A stretch of 64,000 nucleotides of DNA from Chitinophagaceae bacterium (GTDB taxonomy: Bacteria; Bacteroidota; Bacteroidia; Chitinophagales; Chitinophagaceae), in the NCBI GenBank assembly GCA_965200945.1, contig OZ241749.1:2268212-2332211 (forward strand). The letters are read 5' to 3'. The notes under the pieces were generated by a model that worked only from the letters and a program-made list of their open reading frames with translations, had not been told where the DNA came from and did not search any database. The translations under genes and the position numbers were made by a program. This document shows positions 29,218 through 38,468 of this stretch, one piece after another (positions within the stretch are counted from its first letter, which is position 1; every line of letters begins with the position of its first letter).

Positions 29218-30012
29218 CTAAATATAATGGCCGTAGATAAGGAATAACATCACCGCCCCGAGCGCGATGCGATACACGCCGAAAGCCCGGAACCCGTGTT
29301 TCTGAAGATAGGTGATAAAAAATTTGACCGCAACAAGCGCCACTACGAACGAGATGATGGCCCCAATACCGAGGGTCGACATATTCTCAGCGGCCAGCAC
29401 ATCGGGATGTTCCTTGTAGGTATCCAGAAAACTTTTGGCGGACGCGGCAAACATGGTGGGCACGGCCAGGAAAAAAGAGAACTCGGCGGCCAGGCTCCGC
29501 GTAAGCCGCTGGCTCATGCCGCCGATGATGGTGGCCGCACTCCGGCTAAGCCCCGGAAACACGATGGCCAGCACCTGGAAGCAGCCGATGATAAAAGCTT
29601 TGGGATAGGAAATCTTTTCTTCTTCGTTGATTACGTTGTTCTTGAAAAGGGAATCGATGAACAGCAGCACGATGCCACCGGCGATCATCACGCAGGCAAT
29701 AAAAGGAAGATTGTCGAGCGCCCGGTCGATGTATTTTTTAAAGAGCGCCCCGAAAAGAAGGGCGGGGATCACCGCTACCAACAGCTTGAGATAAAAGCTG
29801 ACATGTTTGAAATCCACAAATTTTTTCCAGTAGATGACCACCACCGAAAGGATGGCGGCGAGCTGAATCACCACTTCGTACATATCGGTGAAATCATTGT
29901 TGGCGACACCGATCAGCGGGTTGGTAAACTTCATGTGGGCCGTACTGGAAACAGGCAAAAACTCCGTGATGCCTTCCACGATGGCGATGATGATAGCCTG
30001 AAAAAGATTCAT
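29218..30012 (-). CDS. uppP: undecaprenyl-diphosphate phosphatase
   Basis: AIVEGITEFLPVSSTAHM and PGLSRSAATI motifs. Confidence 0.9.
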   Translation of the reverse strand: MNLFQAIIIAIVEGITEFLPVSSTAHMKFTNPLIGVANNDFTDMYEVVIQLAAILSVVVIYWKKFVDFKHVSFYLKLLVAVIPALLFGALFKKYIDRALDNLPFIACVMIAGGIVLLFIDSLFKNNVINEEEKISYPKAFIIGCFQVLAIVFPGLSRSAATIIGGMSQRLTRSLAAEFSFFLAVPTMFAASAKSFLDTYKEHPDVLAAENMSTLGIGAIISFVVALVAVKFFITYLQKHGFRAFGVYRIALGAVMLFLIYGHYI

Positions 30013-30100
30013 GTGGGTTGGATTGTTTGGTTGGGTCGGCCCTTTTCACCGGATAAAACATATGCTGCGCATGGTGGTGGAAGGGTCAGGGTCGCTGATC

Positions 30101-30400
30101 TTACAGTTTTATTTTCTTGAAGATAGCAACCACTTCCAGTGCAAGCCCGATCACGATCAGCAGCGGGGCAATGGTGATGCGGGTGGTGCTGTACACTTCT
30201 TTCTGGTCGAACACGGCCGGGTTGGTGCTTTTACCACCGCTCATGACGAGCATGCCGATGATGATCACTACCAGGCCTGCCAGCATCCAGATGTAATTGT
30301 CACGCGCAAAAAAACCGGTTTCGTGTTTGGTGTCCGGTACAAAAGTAGCTTCAGTGGGTTTCACGCGTGCAACGGGCGTAACGGGTCTTTTTTCAATCAT
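30101..30400 (-). CDS. DUF3098-like small membrane protein
   Basis: 99 aa with 2 TM helices. It sits between ftsX and uppP, an arrangement common in Bacteroidota; this is from memory, not searched. Confidence 0.5.
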   Translation of the reverse strand: MIEKRPVTPVARVKPTEATFVPDTKHETGFFARDNYIWMLAGLVVIIIGMLVMSGGKSTNPAVFDQKEVYSTTRITIAPLLIVIGLALEVVAIFKKIKL

Positions 30401-30466
30401 TGTATAGAAGTTATATGAAAATGGTAAAGATTTGTTTTATGGCAATGCTTCCAATGGTTTGAGAAA

Positions 30467-31339
30467 TCAGTAAAGGTCGTCCAGTTTCATGCGCAGGTAT
30501 TTGAGCACGCTGCGGTGTGTACTGAACACGGAGATCAGGATGCCCAGCACGACAATGCCGGCAGCCAGCAGGGAAAGCCATTTCAGGTCGCGCATTGCCC
30601 TGAGCTCGGGCAGCTGATTTTCCGCAAATATAACCAGCGCCGCCATCCCCGCCAATGCGATCAGTCCGCTAACGGCCCCGTTGATGATGGCCCTTCCGTC
30701 CATGGGGCGGGCGATAAACCCACGGGTGGCGCCCACCATTTGCATGGTCTTGATAAGGAAGCGGTTACTGAACATCGCGAGCTTGATGGTATTATCGATC
30801 AGCACAATGACCACGATGCACAGCACCGCGGCGATCGACAGAAGGATAAGAATGATCTTGTTCACGTTTTTGTACAGCGAATTAACCAGCGAGGTAGGAT
30901 ATTCCACATTGCTCACGCTGATGTTCTGCTCCAGATCGGTCTTGATGTTGGCAAGGGTGGCAGAATCGACATACTGGTTCTTGAGGGTGAAGTCGATGCT
31001 GGCCTGCAGCGGGTTTACTTCCAGGATGCCGTTCCAGTCTTTGTTGCCGTCGGCCAGGAATCTCTGGCGGGCCATCTCCTTGTTCACATAGGTATAGCTC
31101 TTGACGTAAGGTTTCTGGGAGAGATAATAAACCAGCGCGGTGCTGTCGCGCGGCGAAACGTTTTCGCGCAGGTAAGCATGAACCTCGATATTTTCCTTGA
31201 AATAATTACCGAGCTTGTTAGCATTGATCACGATCCAGCTCAACACGCCCAATATAAACAAGACCAGCGACACACCGAGGATCGACATGAAATAAGAAGG
31301 CTGTGAACGCTTGGCTGATCCTTTTCCGAATTGCGCCAT
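30467..31339 (-). CDS. ftsX: cell division protein FtsX-like permease
   Basis: 290 aa with one N-terminal TM helix, a periplasmic domain and 3 C-terminal TM helices. Motif MQMVGATRGFI. Confidence 0.8.
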   Translation of the reverse strand: MAQFGKGSAKRSQPSYFMSILGVSLVLFILGVLSWIVINANKLGNYFKENIEVHAYLRENVSPRDSTALVYYLSQKPYVKSYTYVNKEMARQRFLADGNKDWNGILEVNPLQASIDFTLKNQYVDSATLANIKTDLEQNISVSNVEYPTSLVNSLYKNVNKIILILLSIAAVLCIVVIVLIDNTIKLAMFSNRFLIKTMQMVGATRGFIARPMDGRAIINGAVSGLIALAGMAALVIFAENQLPELRAMRDLKWLSLLAAGIVVLGILISVFSTHRSVLKYLRMKLDDLY

Positions 31340-31409
31340 GGAAATATGGGTTTTCGCTTCAGTTTTAGTTTAAGAGCGGCAAAAATAATGGTTTTACCCG
31401 TCGAATCCT

Positions 31410-31417
31410 TACTTTTG
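31410..31417 (+). promoter_or_regulatory. Bacteroidota -7 box TACTTTTG in the ftsX-leuS intergenic region
   Basis: Exact TAnnTTTG match. It would give a leader of about 215 nt before leuS. Confidence 0.3.
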
Positions 31418-31639
31418 TCCTCCTCTTAACGATTGCGCCAACAATATATTATAACAACTTGATGGTATGGTAGCGGCATGGGAACTTTATATCTTCTTTA
31501 GGTTTTAATGCCAACGCTTGCCTTACTATATGAAGCGTCTCACTATTCACAACCACACGGACCTGCAAGATTATCTTTCCGCACCCGCTCTTCCGGGAGG
31601 CGGCAGGGCATAACAGTCCGCGTTTAAATACTATCCGGC

Positions 31640-34540
31640 ATGGAATACAACTTCAGGGAAATAGAAAAAAAATGGCAGGCATACTGGGAGAACACACATG
31701 TGTACCGCGTCAGCAACGATTCGCCGCGGCCCAAGTTTTACGTGCTCGATATGTTCCCTTACCCCAGCGGCGCCGGCCTCCACGTGGGCCATCCGCTCGG
31801 ATATATTGCCAGCGATATCTACAGCCGCTACAAACGCCTGAAAGGATTCAACGTGCTGCACCCGATGGGGTTCGACAGCTTCGGCCTGCCGGCAGAACAG
31901 TACGCCATCGAAACCGGGCAGCAACCTGCACTCACCACCCAGAACAACATCCTCAATTTCCGCAAACAGCTCGACAAGATCGGTTTCTGCTACGACTGGA
32001 GCCGCGAAGTAAGAACCAGCAATCCTGATTTTTATAAATGGACCCAGTGGATATTCCTGAAACTCTTTGGCTCTTTCTACGATAAAGCAGCAAACAAGGC
32101 CCGGCCCATCGAAGAGCTCGTTGCCATCTTTGCTTTACAAGGCAGCGGCGGCGCGGCGGCGGCCACTTCTTCCCAGCTCCTCTTTTCCGCAGCGGAATGG
32201 AAAAGCATGAGTGAAAAAGAACAGCAGGACATCCTCATGGCGTACCGGCTTGCCTATTCATCGTACGGGGAAGTAAACTGGTGCGAAGCGCTGGGTACCG
32301 TACTGGCCAACGACGAAGTGATCAACGGTGTCAGCGAACGCGGCGGTCACCCGGTCGTCAAGAAAAAAATGCGCCAGTGGTACCTGCGCATCACCGCCTA
32401 TGCCGAAAGACTGCTGCAGGGCCTGGAGCAGGTCGAGTATTCCGAATCGCTCAAGGAACAACAGCGCAACTGGATCGGCCGGAGCCAGGGCGCCGAGATC
32501 GATTTCCGCATCAAGAACCATCCCGATTCTTCCCTGAAAGTGTATACCACGCGCCCCGACACCATCTTCGGGGTCGACTTCATGGTGCTGGCGCCTGAGC
32601 ATGAACTGGTGCAGCAGATCACCACCACCGCACAGCAACCCGCTATCCAGGAATACCTCGACTACGTAAAAAGCCGCAGCGAACGGGAACGCATGGCCGA
32701 AGTAAAACAGATCACCGGCTGCTTTACCGGTGCGTATGCCATCAACCCCTTCGACGGAAAAGAAATACCCGTCTGGATCGCGGAATATGTGCTGGCCGGC
32801 TACGGCACGGGCGCCATCATGGCCGTGCCCTGCGGCGACCAGCGCGACTGGAGCTTTGCCACACACTTCCGGATACCCATCACAAACATCATCGGATCCC
32901 ACTACAACGGGCAGGAAGCGAATCCGACCAAAGAAGCCGTGCTGGAAAACTCCGGGTTCCTGAACGGACTGGTCATGAAACAGGCCATCGATGTAGCCAT
33001 CTCAAAACTGGAAGCGTTGGGAATCGGCAAGCGGCAGATCAATTACCGCATGCGCGACGCAGGCTACAGCCGCCAGCGTTACTGGGGCGAGCCTTTTCCC
33101 ATCGTGTGGGAAGACGGCGTCGCACGCACGCTCGCGGAAGCCGAGCTGCCGCTCCAACTGCCGCATGTAGATAAATACGGCCCGGGTCCGCAAGGTGAGG
33201 GCCCGCTGGCAAACCTGACCGATTGGGTAGAACTCTCTTCATCGGATGGGCATACGCTCCGCCGGGAAACAAGCACCATGCCCGGATACGCCGGCAGCAG
33301 CTGGTATTTCCTGCGCTACATGGATCCGCAGAACGACCAGGAATTCTGCAGCCGCCCGGCTTCCGACTACTGGGGGCAGGTAGACATGTATGTGGGCGGC
33401 ACCGAACATGCCGTTGGGCATCTGCTGTACAGCCGCATGTGGACGAAGTTCCTCTTTGATTCGGGCCTGATCGGCCACGAAGAGCCGTATAAAAAACTGG
33501 TGAACCAGGGCATGATCACCGGCAAAAGCGCTTTTGCCAAAGTGGTTTGGGGAAAAACGGAAGGCAAAGACCAGGAAGATGCGACAGGATGGATCGTTCC
33601 TTACCAAGCCACCATCCATCCCGAAAGTGAAGCAGCAGTGGAGACACGCCTTCCCGTCGAAAAACTGTCGATCGACCAGAACGGCAATTTTTACCTGACC
33701 CAAATCGACCTGCAGGCGATCAAAGAAAAATATCCTCAGTTCTCCCGCCTCGACATCGCAACTACGGCAAGCGGTGTGCTTACAGCCGACATGGTCCCGG
33801 TCGATGGCAAAATCGAACTGCTGACGGTGGAAGAAAAAATGTCAAAAAGCAAGTTCAATACTTTTACACCAGACGACATTGTGGATAAATATGGCGCCGA
33901 CACGTTTCGCATGTACGAAATGTTCCTCGGCCCGATCGAGCAAAGCAAACCCTGGGATGTGAAAGGGATCGAAGGTGTTCACCGCTTCCTGCGAAAACTC
34001 TGGCGCCTGTTCTTCGATGAAATAAAAGGACGCATCTGGACAGAAGAAAAACCTTCCGATGCCGCCCTGAAAGTGCTGCACCGCACCATCCGGAAAGTGG
34101 AAGAAGACACCGAGAAATTCTCTTTCAATACTGCCGTGAGTTCTTTCATGGTCTGCGTCAACGACCTCACCGAACTGAAATGTCATACCCGGGCTGTCCT
34201 CGATCCGCTTCTTGTGTTGCTGGCCCCTTATGCACCGCATATCTCCGAAGAGCTCTACCACCGGTTGAACCCGTTGACGCCGGGCGATGACAAGCTCATC
34301 ACGGTACTGAACGCCCGCTACCCCACGTTCGAAGAAAAATGGGTGACCGAAAGCTCAAAGGAATACCCGGTTTCCGTGAACGGGAAAGTTCGGGCCAACA
34401 TCAGCATTTCGCTCGACGCTACCCAGGAGGAAGTGGAAAAAATGGTGGTGGCAAATGAAACAGTTCAGAAATGGCTGGAAGGCAAAATGCCCAAAAGAAT
34501 CGTTTACGTTAAAGGGCGTATGATCAACATTGTGATCTGA
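31640..34540 (+). CDS. leuS: leucine--tRNA ligase
   Basis: 966 aa with HVGHPLGY (HIGH), KMSKSK (KMSKS) and an editing domain. Confidence 0.97.
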   Translation: MEYNFREIEKKWQAYWENTHVYRVSNDSPRPKFYVLDMFPYPSGAGLHVGHPLGYIASDIYSRYKRLKGFNVLHPMGFDSFGLPAEQYAIETGQQPALTTQNNILNFRKQLDKIGFCYDWSREVRTSNPDFYKWTQWIFLKLFGSFYDKAANKARPIEELVAIFALQGSGGAAAATSSQLLFSAAEWKSMSEKEQQDILMAYRLAYSSYGEVNWCEALGTVLANDEVINGVSERGGHPVVKKKMRQWYLRITAYAERLLQGLEQVEYSESLKEQQRNWIGRSQGAEIDFRIKNHPDSSLKVYTTRPDTIFGVDFMVLAPEHELVQQITTTAQQPAIQEYLDYVKSRSERERMAEVKQITGCFTGAYAINPFDGKEIPVWIAEYVLAGYGTGAIMAVPCGDQRDWSFATHFRIPITNIIGSHYNGQEANPTKEAVLENSGFLNGLVMKQAIDVAISKLEALGIGKRQINYRMRDAGYSRQRYWGEPFPIVWEDGVARTLAEAELPLQLPHVDKYGPGPQGEGPLANLTDWVELSSSDGHTLRRETSTMPGYAGSSWYFLRYMDPQNDQEFCSRPASDYWGQVDMYVGGTEHAVGHLLYSRMWTKFLFDSGLIGHEEPYKKLVNQGMITGKSAFAKVVWGKTEGKDQEDATGWIVPYQATIHPESEAAVETRLPVEKLSIDQNGNFYLTQIDLQAIKEKYPQFSRLDIATTASGVLTADMVPVDGKIELLTVEEKMSKSKFNTFTPDDIVDKYGADTFRMYEMFLGPIEQSKPWDVKGIEGVHRFLRKLWRLFFDEIKGRIWTEEKPSDAALKVLHRTIRKVEEDTEKFSFNTAVSSFMVCVNDLTELKCHTRAVLDPLLVLLAPYAPHISEELYHRLNPLTPGDDKLITVLNARYPTFEEKWVTESSKEYPVSVNGKVRANISISLDATQEEVEKMVVANETVQKWLEGKMPKRIVYVKGRMINIVI

Positions 34541-34672
34541 CATCGTAGAATAAGATTCGGTTGTTGATGAAAAAAATCAACAAAGAAGGCAATAATTTAA
34601 CTATAACAAAGTGATAGGGAATAAATGCTATGGCATTTTTTTTGAATAGGTCATGTATCTATACTTCACTTT

Positions 34673-34828
34673 ATGAAAAGTAAAGCCTTTCTGAACAGAG
34701 CATCTTTCATCAATACGCTGGACTTTATCATTGCACCTACCGGCATCGACAGGGAACAGGCTTCCATCGCCCTTCATACCATTGTACGGCTTTGTAAGGA
34801 TATACTCCGCAACAAACATCCTCATTGA
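34673..34828 (+). CDS. possible 51-aa small protein (uncertain)
   Basis: An ATG-to-TGA ORF (MKSKAFLNRASFINTLDFIIAPTGIDREQASIALHTIVRLCKDILRNKHPH) that is not in the supplied track because it is under 60 aa. It has a helical pattern and reads more protein-like than the antisense 65-aa ORF. Confidence 0.25.
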   Translation: MKSKAFLNRASFINTLDFIIAPTGIDREQASIALHTIVRLCKDILRNKHPH

Positions 34829-34993
34829 TGAACGTCCACTTCCCGCTACCGGAAACAGACAGAGCGCGCGCCCCTCATCCTACCACCGTGTCCGGTAAAA
34901 CAACCGTGTTTTGCCCCTGCGCTACCCGGCCCAAAAAATTTTATCTACTTTCACGCATCTATCAATAATACCGTACACTTAAAACAAATACCC

Positions 34994-35362
34994 ATGGCAG
35001 TATCAAAAAGTATCAAGAAAGCAGCACCCAAAGCAGCGAAAAAAGCCGCACCGAAAAAAAGGGGACGGCCAGCTAAAAATGCATCAGCAAAAGCTGCCGC
35101 TCCAAAAAAAGCCGTAGCCAAAAAAGCTGTTGGTAAAAAGGCTGCTCCAAAGAAAGCGGCTCTCAAAAAACCAGTTGCAAAAAAAGCCGCACCCAAGAAA
35201 GCATCGAAAGCAGGGCCTAAGAACAAGCTTGGTGTGAAGAACTCACTGGTGAATAATATCAACGCGAAAAAGAAAAAGGGGACTGCGAAACCAAAGAACA
35301 AATCATCTGTTTCGAAAAAGTCTTACAAAGCGATGGAGAACAACTGGGGTAAGAAAAAATAA
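34994..35362 (+). CDS. histone H1-like lysine/alanine-rich DNA-binding protein with AT-hook
   Basis: KKAAPK-type repeats run through most of the 122 aa. A canonical AT-hook core, KKRGRPAKN, is encoded around 35060-35071. Confidence 0.7.
   Translation: MAVSKSIKKAAPKAAKKAAPKKRGRPAKNASAKAAAPKKAVAKKAVGKKAAPKKAALKKPVAKKAAPKKASKAGPKNKLGVKNSLVNNINAKKKKGTAKPKNKSSVSKKSYKAMENNWGKKK
35030..35215 (+). repeat. degenerate in-frame AAA/GCN (Lys/Ala/Pro) low-complexity repeats inside the H1-like gene
   Basis: Recurrent aaaaaagc(c/t)g(c/t) units are visible in the DNA. Confidence 0.6.
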
Positions 35363-35386
35363 GTGGTCCGGTAGAGCAACGCCTGG

Positions 35387-35599
35387 TTACACCAGGTCGT
35401 TCTCGTCGTCGTTGAGCTTAACAGACTCCTCTTCATCCAAGTCTTCCGCGTCATTTCCCGGCATGAAATCCGGGTCGTGTTCGATGTCGGATTCAGCCTG
35501 TTCATACGCTTCCTTCGTATGTTCCCGATCGGCCGGCAGGTTCTTTTTAGGGTCGGGCTGCGACTGATTAACTGGCTGTTTAATGTTCTGCTGTTGCAT
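35387..35599 (-). CDS. hypothetical small acidic protein
   Basis: 70 aa with a D/E-rich C-terminal half (DPDFMPGNDAEDLDEEESVKLNDDENDLV). It is convergent with the H1-like gene, with 24 nt between the stops. Confidence 0.4.
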   Translation of the reverse strand: MQQQNIKQPVNQSQPDPKKNLPADREHTKEAYEQAESDIEHDPDFMPGNDAEDLDEEESVKLNDDENDLV

Positions 35600-35695
35600 A
35601 AAAAATAGTTTACTTTACTTTGGTATGAAGGTAATAAATTTTTGTGCCACAGGTCACTTCTTACCAGCCCGCTGCATCGTTTCAATCCCGCTCCG

Positions 35696-36412
35696 ATGAT
35701 CAACTTAGAAGCCCGCAATATCTTCATCCGCAACCAGGCCGTCTTTTCCCCGGTTGTACGTTTCGATCCACAGAAGGAACGCCTGGCGCAAATGGATTTT
35801 ACAGCCGGCAATGCGGATCTTACCGGCGACATCCTGGAAGATGTGGAAGGCTTCAGCAGCTGGGTCGGCAAGAAGATCGCCGACGCAGGGGCCGACCTTG
35901 GCATCGGGGGATACAATGAACTGAGAAGTGTATACAGCCGCAGCCGTATCTTCGACGGCAGCACCGCCACGCATGAACCCCGTCGGCTGCACCTGGGCGT
36001 TGATATATGGGGCCCCGCCGGCACACCAGTATTTGCCCCGCTTGGTGGCATGATCCACAGTTTCGCCTTCAACAACAATTATGGTGATTACGGCGCCACG
36101 CTGGTGCTGCTGCACCAGCTCGACGGCATTCCTTTTTATACTTTGTACGGGCATATCAGCCTGAAAGATATCGAGGCCCTGCGCGAGGGGCAGTACATGA
36201 TCAGGGCGCAGGAGATCGGTCATTTCGGCAAGCCGTTTGAGAACGGCCACTGGCCGCCCCACCTGCATTTTCAGATCATCTTTGACTTGAGTGTCTACAA
36301 AGGGGATTATCCCGGCGTATGCCGCTATTCCGAGCGGGATAAATACCTGAGCAACTGTCCGGACCCTGACCTGATCCTGCAGCTGAACCAATATATTCCA
36401 CTTGCCGGCTGA
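35696..36412 (+). CDS. M23 family metallopeptidase-like protein (no signal peptide seen)
   Basis: HLGVDIWGPAGTPVFAPLGG and GHWPPHLHFQI motifs. Start chosen at the internal ATG (MINLEARN). Confidence 0.7.
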   Translation: MINLEARNIFIRNQAVFSPVVRFDPQKERLAQMDFTAGNADLTGDILEDVEGFSSWVGKKIADAGADLGIGGYNELRSVYSRSRIFDGSTATHEPRRLHLGVDIWGPAGTPVFAPLGGMIHSFAFNNNYGDYGATLVLLHQLDGIPFYTLYGHISLKDIEALREGQYMIRAQEIGHFGKPFENGHWPPHLHFQIIFDLSVYKGDYPGVCRYSERDKYLSNCPDPDLILQLNQYIPLAG

Positions 36413-36416
36413 CTTC

Positions 36417-36701
36417 TTACAGCAGCGCTTTTACAATCTCTTCATGCTCCTGCTTCAATGAATACCCGGGCATTGGTTTACCCGCGCGGCGGTACCAGTA
36501 TGCCGCGTTGCCCGCATCCCCTTCTTTGCGGTGCAGGTACGCATGAATCCAGGAGCCGTTGCGGTCTTCAATGTCCTGTGCCACTTCATGGGCGCTCTTC
36601 CAGTCGCCCTTTCCATCGTACCACAAAGCCTGCAGGTAAACCGAAAGCGCGGCTGGCATCTTTTCACCCGCCAGCGAAGCCGAGAATTGTTCCCATGTCA
36701 T
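36417..36701 (-). CDS. hypothetical conserved small protein
   Basis: The internal ATG gives the 94-aa MTWEQFSASLAG...WYRRAGKPMP. No family recognised. Confidence 0.45.
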   Translation of the reverse strand: MTWEQFSASLAGEKMPAALSVYLQALWYDGKGDWKSAHEVAQDIEDRNGSWIHAYLHRKEGDAGNAAYWYRRAGKPMPGYSLKQEHEEIVKALL

Positions 36702-36812
36702 AATGAGAAAATTGATTGTATAATATTTTTTACGTACAGACACGACACTTCGCGTCTCCGGAATGGATCGGTCCTGCACGGGAGAGGCGGGTGAAGAGGT
36801 CATCACCGGATT

Positions 36813-37481
36813 TTAATTAGCAAGATGCAGCACCTTGAATGCATGTGTCCATTCGTTCTGCCGGAAGCCGGGGATGCACCAGAGGATGCATAAAGGCTCG
36901 ATGGCACGGGCAGCTTCCGCCATGCCCATGTCGGCCGTATCCCAGCCAAACTGATCCAGGATGCCGGAAACAGATTTGCGCGCATCGTCGTCGTTCCCGC
37001 AGATAAACATGGTAGGCCGGCCTTCCCGGTATTGCGGTTTGTACATCTGCATATTGCCCACACTGTTGAACGCCTTTACAAAATGCGCCTGCGGCAGCAG
37101 GTGCTGCAGCTGTTCCATCAGCGACTCGTTCAGGGTGGTGAAAAATTTGAGGATCCCGTTGTGCGGCGCTTCTTTAGTGATCGGGTTGGTGGTGTCGATG
37201 ACTACTTTACCGGTAAAGTTCTCGTATTCGGCCAGTTCAATCACCGCTTTGGCTGCATCCCCTTCCACCGCCAGCACCAGCAGTTGGCCGTAGGCGGCCG
37301 CTTCCGAAAAAGTGCCTGTCTGCGCACCTGCATTTTCTTCTTTCCATTTAACGACAGATTCCTTGGAGGGGTTTCGGGTTCCCATCATCACTTCGTATCC
37401 TTTTTTCAGAAAAGCAGCTCCCAGCACTTGTCCTACCCCACCCGAGCCCAGCACACCCACCTTCATTTTTACGGTATCCAT
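36813..37481 (-). CDS. NAD(P)-binding oxidoreductase (NADPH-dependent F420 reductase / P5C-reductase-like fold)
   Basis: Rossmann motif MKVGVLGSGGVGQVLG; the alternative start at 37466 would begin exactly there. It is divergent from the PKS operon. Confidence 0.65.
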   Translation of the reverse strand: MDTVKMKVGVLGSGGVGQVLGAAFLKKGYEVMMGTRNPSKESVVKWKEENAGAQTGTFSEAAAYGQLLVLAVEGDAAKAVIELAEYENFTGKVVIDTTNPITKEAPHNGILKFFTTLNESLMEQLQHLLPQAHFVKAFNSVGNMQMYKPQYREGRPTMFICGNDDDARKSVSGILDQFGWDTADMGMAEAARAIEPLCILWCIPGFRQNEWTHAFKVLHLAN

Positions 37482-37604
37482 AATTTATGTATTTATAGTG
37501 TCAACCTTTTGGTACTGCACATACGTTATAACAATGTACGGCTGTTTACAACCCGGCATTACTAAGTATATGAAAATAGCAAAAAATAATTATCTTCCCC
37601 TTTG

Positions 37605-38468
37605 ATGCTGCAGCGGTCGACCATACAATTGCTTCGCTTTCCATTTTCCATATTCCTGCTGCCGGTCTATCTCTTTGCACTCAGTCGGGTAGTTGATCCC
37701 GACTGGCCCCGGGCATTCCTCATTTTTTTTATCCTGCATGCGCTGGTGTATCCGGCGAGCAATGGTTACAATTCATATATGGACCGTGATGAAGAAAGCA
37801 TCGGTGGCCTCAAAGATCCGCTGCAGCCTACTCCGCAACTGTTCAGGGTAACCCTGCTGCTTGATGGCATTGCTATTGCACTCAGTTTTGGGATCAGCCT
37901 GTATTTCGCAGCCGGCATCGCGTTGTACATTCTTGCTTCGAGGGCATACAGCTACCGGGGCATCCGGCTGAAACAATTCCCGTTCACCGGTTATTTAACG
38001 GTGGTGTTGTTTCAGGGCGCGGTCACTTTCTGGCTGGTGTACCACGGGTGTCATCCGCTCCTTACGACCGCAGTACCGGCAGGGGGCATGGTGTCGAGCA
38101 GCCTGCTGATCGGTGGGTTTTATCCGCTGACACAGATCTACCAGCACGTGGCAGACAGAAAAGATGGCGTGAGAACGATCAGCCTGTTGCTTGGTATCAG
38201 GAACACCTTCCTTTTCACCGGCATCGTATATACAGCGGCATTTGCCGTGCTGGCCGCGTACTTTGTTTCCGAACTGGAAGTGCAGCAGCTCGTCATCGTG
38301 CAGGTGATCATGCTGCCGGTCATTGTTTATTTTTTCCTGTGGGCCCGGCAAGCCTGGAAAGACCCGGCAGCAGCCGATTTCAGACATACAATGAGAATGA
38401 ACACACTGGCTTCCTGTTGCAGCAGTGCCGCATTTTTAACCTTAATCATCCTGAGAATTTTTGAGTAA
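37605..38468 (+). CDS. UbiA family prenyltransferase
   Basis: About 8-9 TM helices and Asp-rich motifs (NGYNSYMDRDEE and YQHVADRKDGVRT). Confidence 0.8.
   Translation: MLQRSTIQLLRFPFSIFLLPVYLFALSRVVDPDWPRAFLIFFILHALVYPASNGYNSYMDRDEESIGGLKDPLQPTPQLFRVTLLLDGIAIALSFGISLYFAAGIALYILASRAYSYRGIRLKQFPFTGYLTVVLFQGAVTFWLVYHGCHPLLTTAVPAGGMVSSSLLIGGFYPLTQIYQHVADRKDGVRTISLLLGIRNTFLFTGIVYTAAFAVLAAYFVSELEVQQLVIVQVIMLPVIVYFFLWARQAWKDPAAADFRHTMRMNTLASCCSSAAFLTLIILRIFE

Noticed and set aside
34561-34583. An AT-rich hairpin (ttgttgat / atcaacaa) after leuS as a possible terminator.
   Set aside because: The stem is only 8 bp of almost pure A/T with an A-rich loop and no clear U-tract, which is too weak to call.
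34628-34825. A 65-aa minus-strand ORF downstream of leuS.
   Set aside because: The translation is not protein-like, and it sits opposite a more plausible, though still weak, 51-aa plus-strand ORF.
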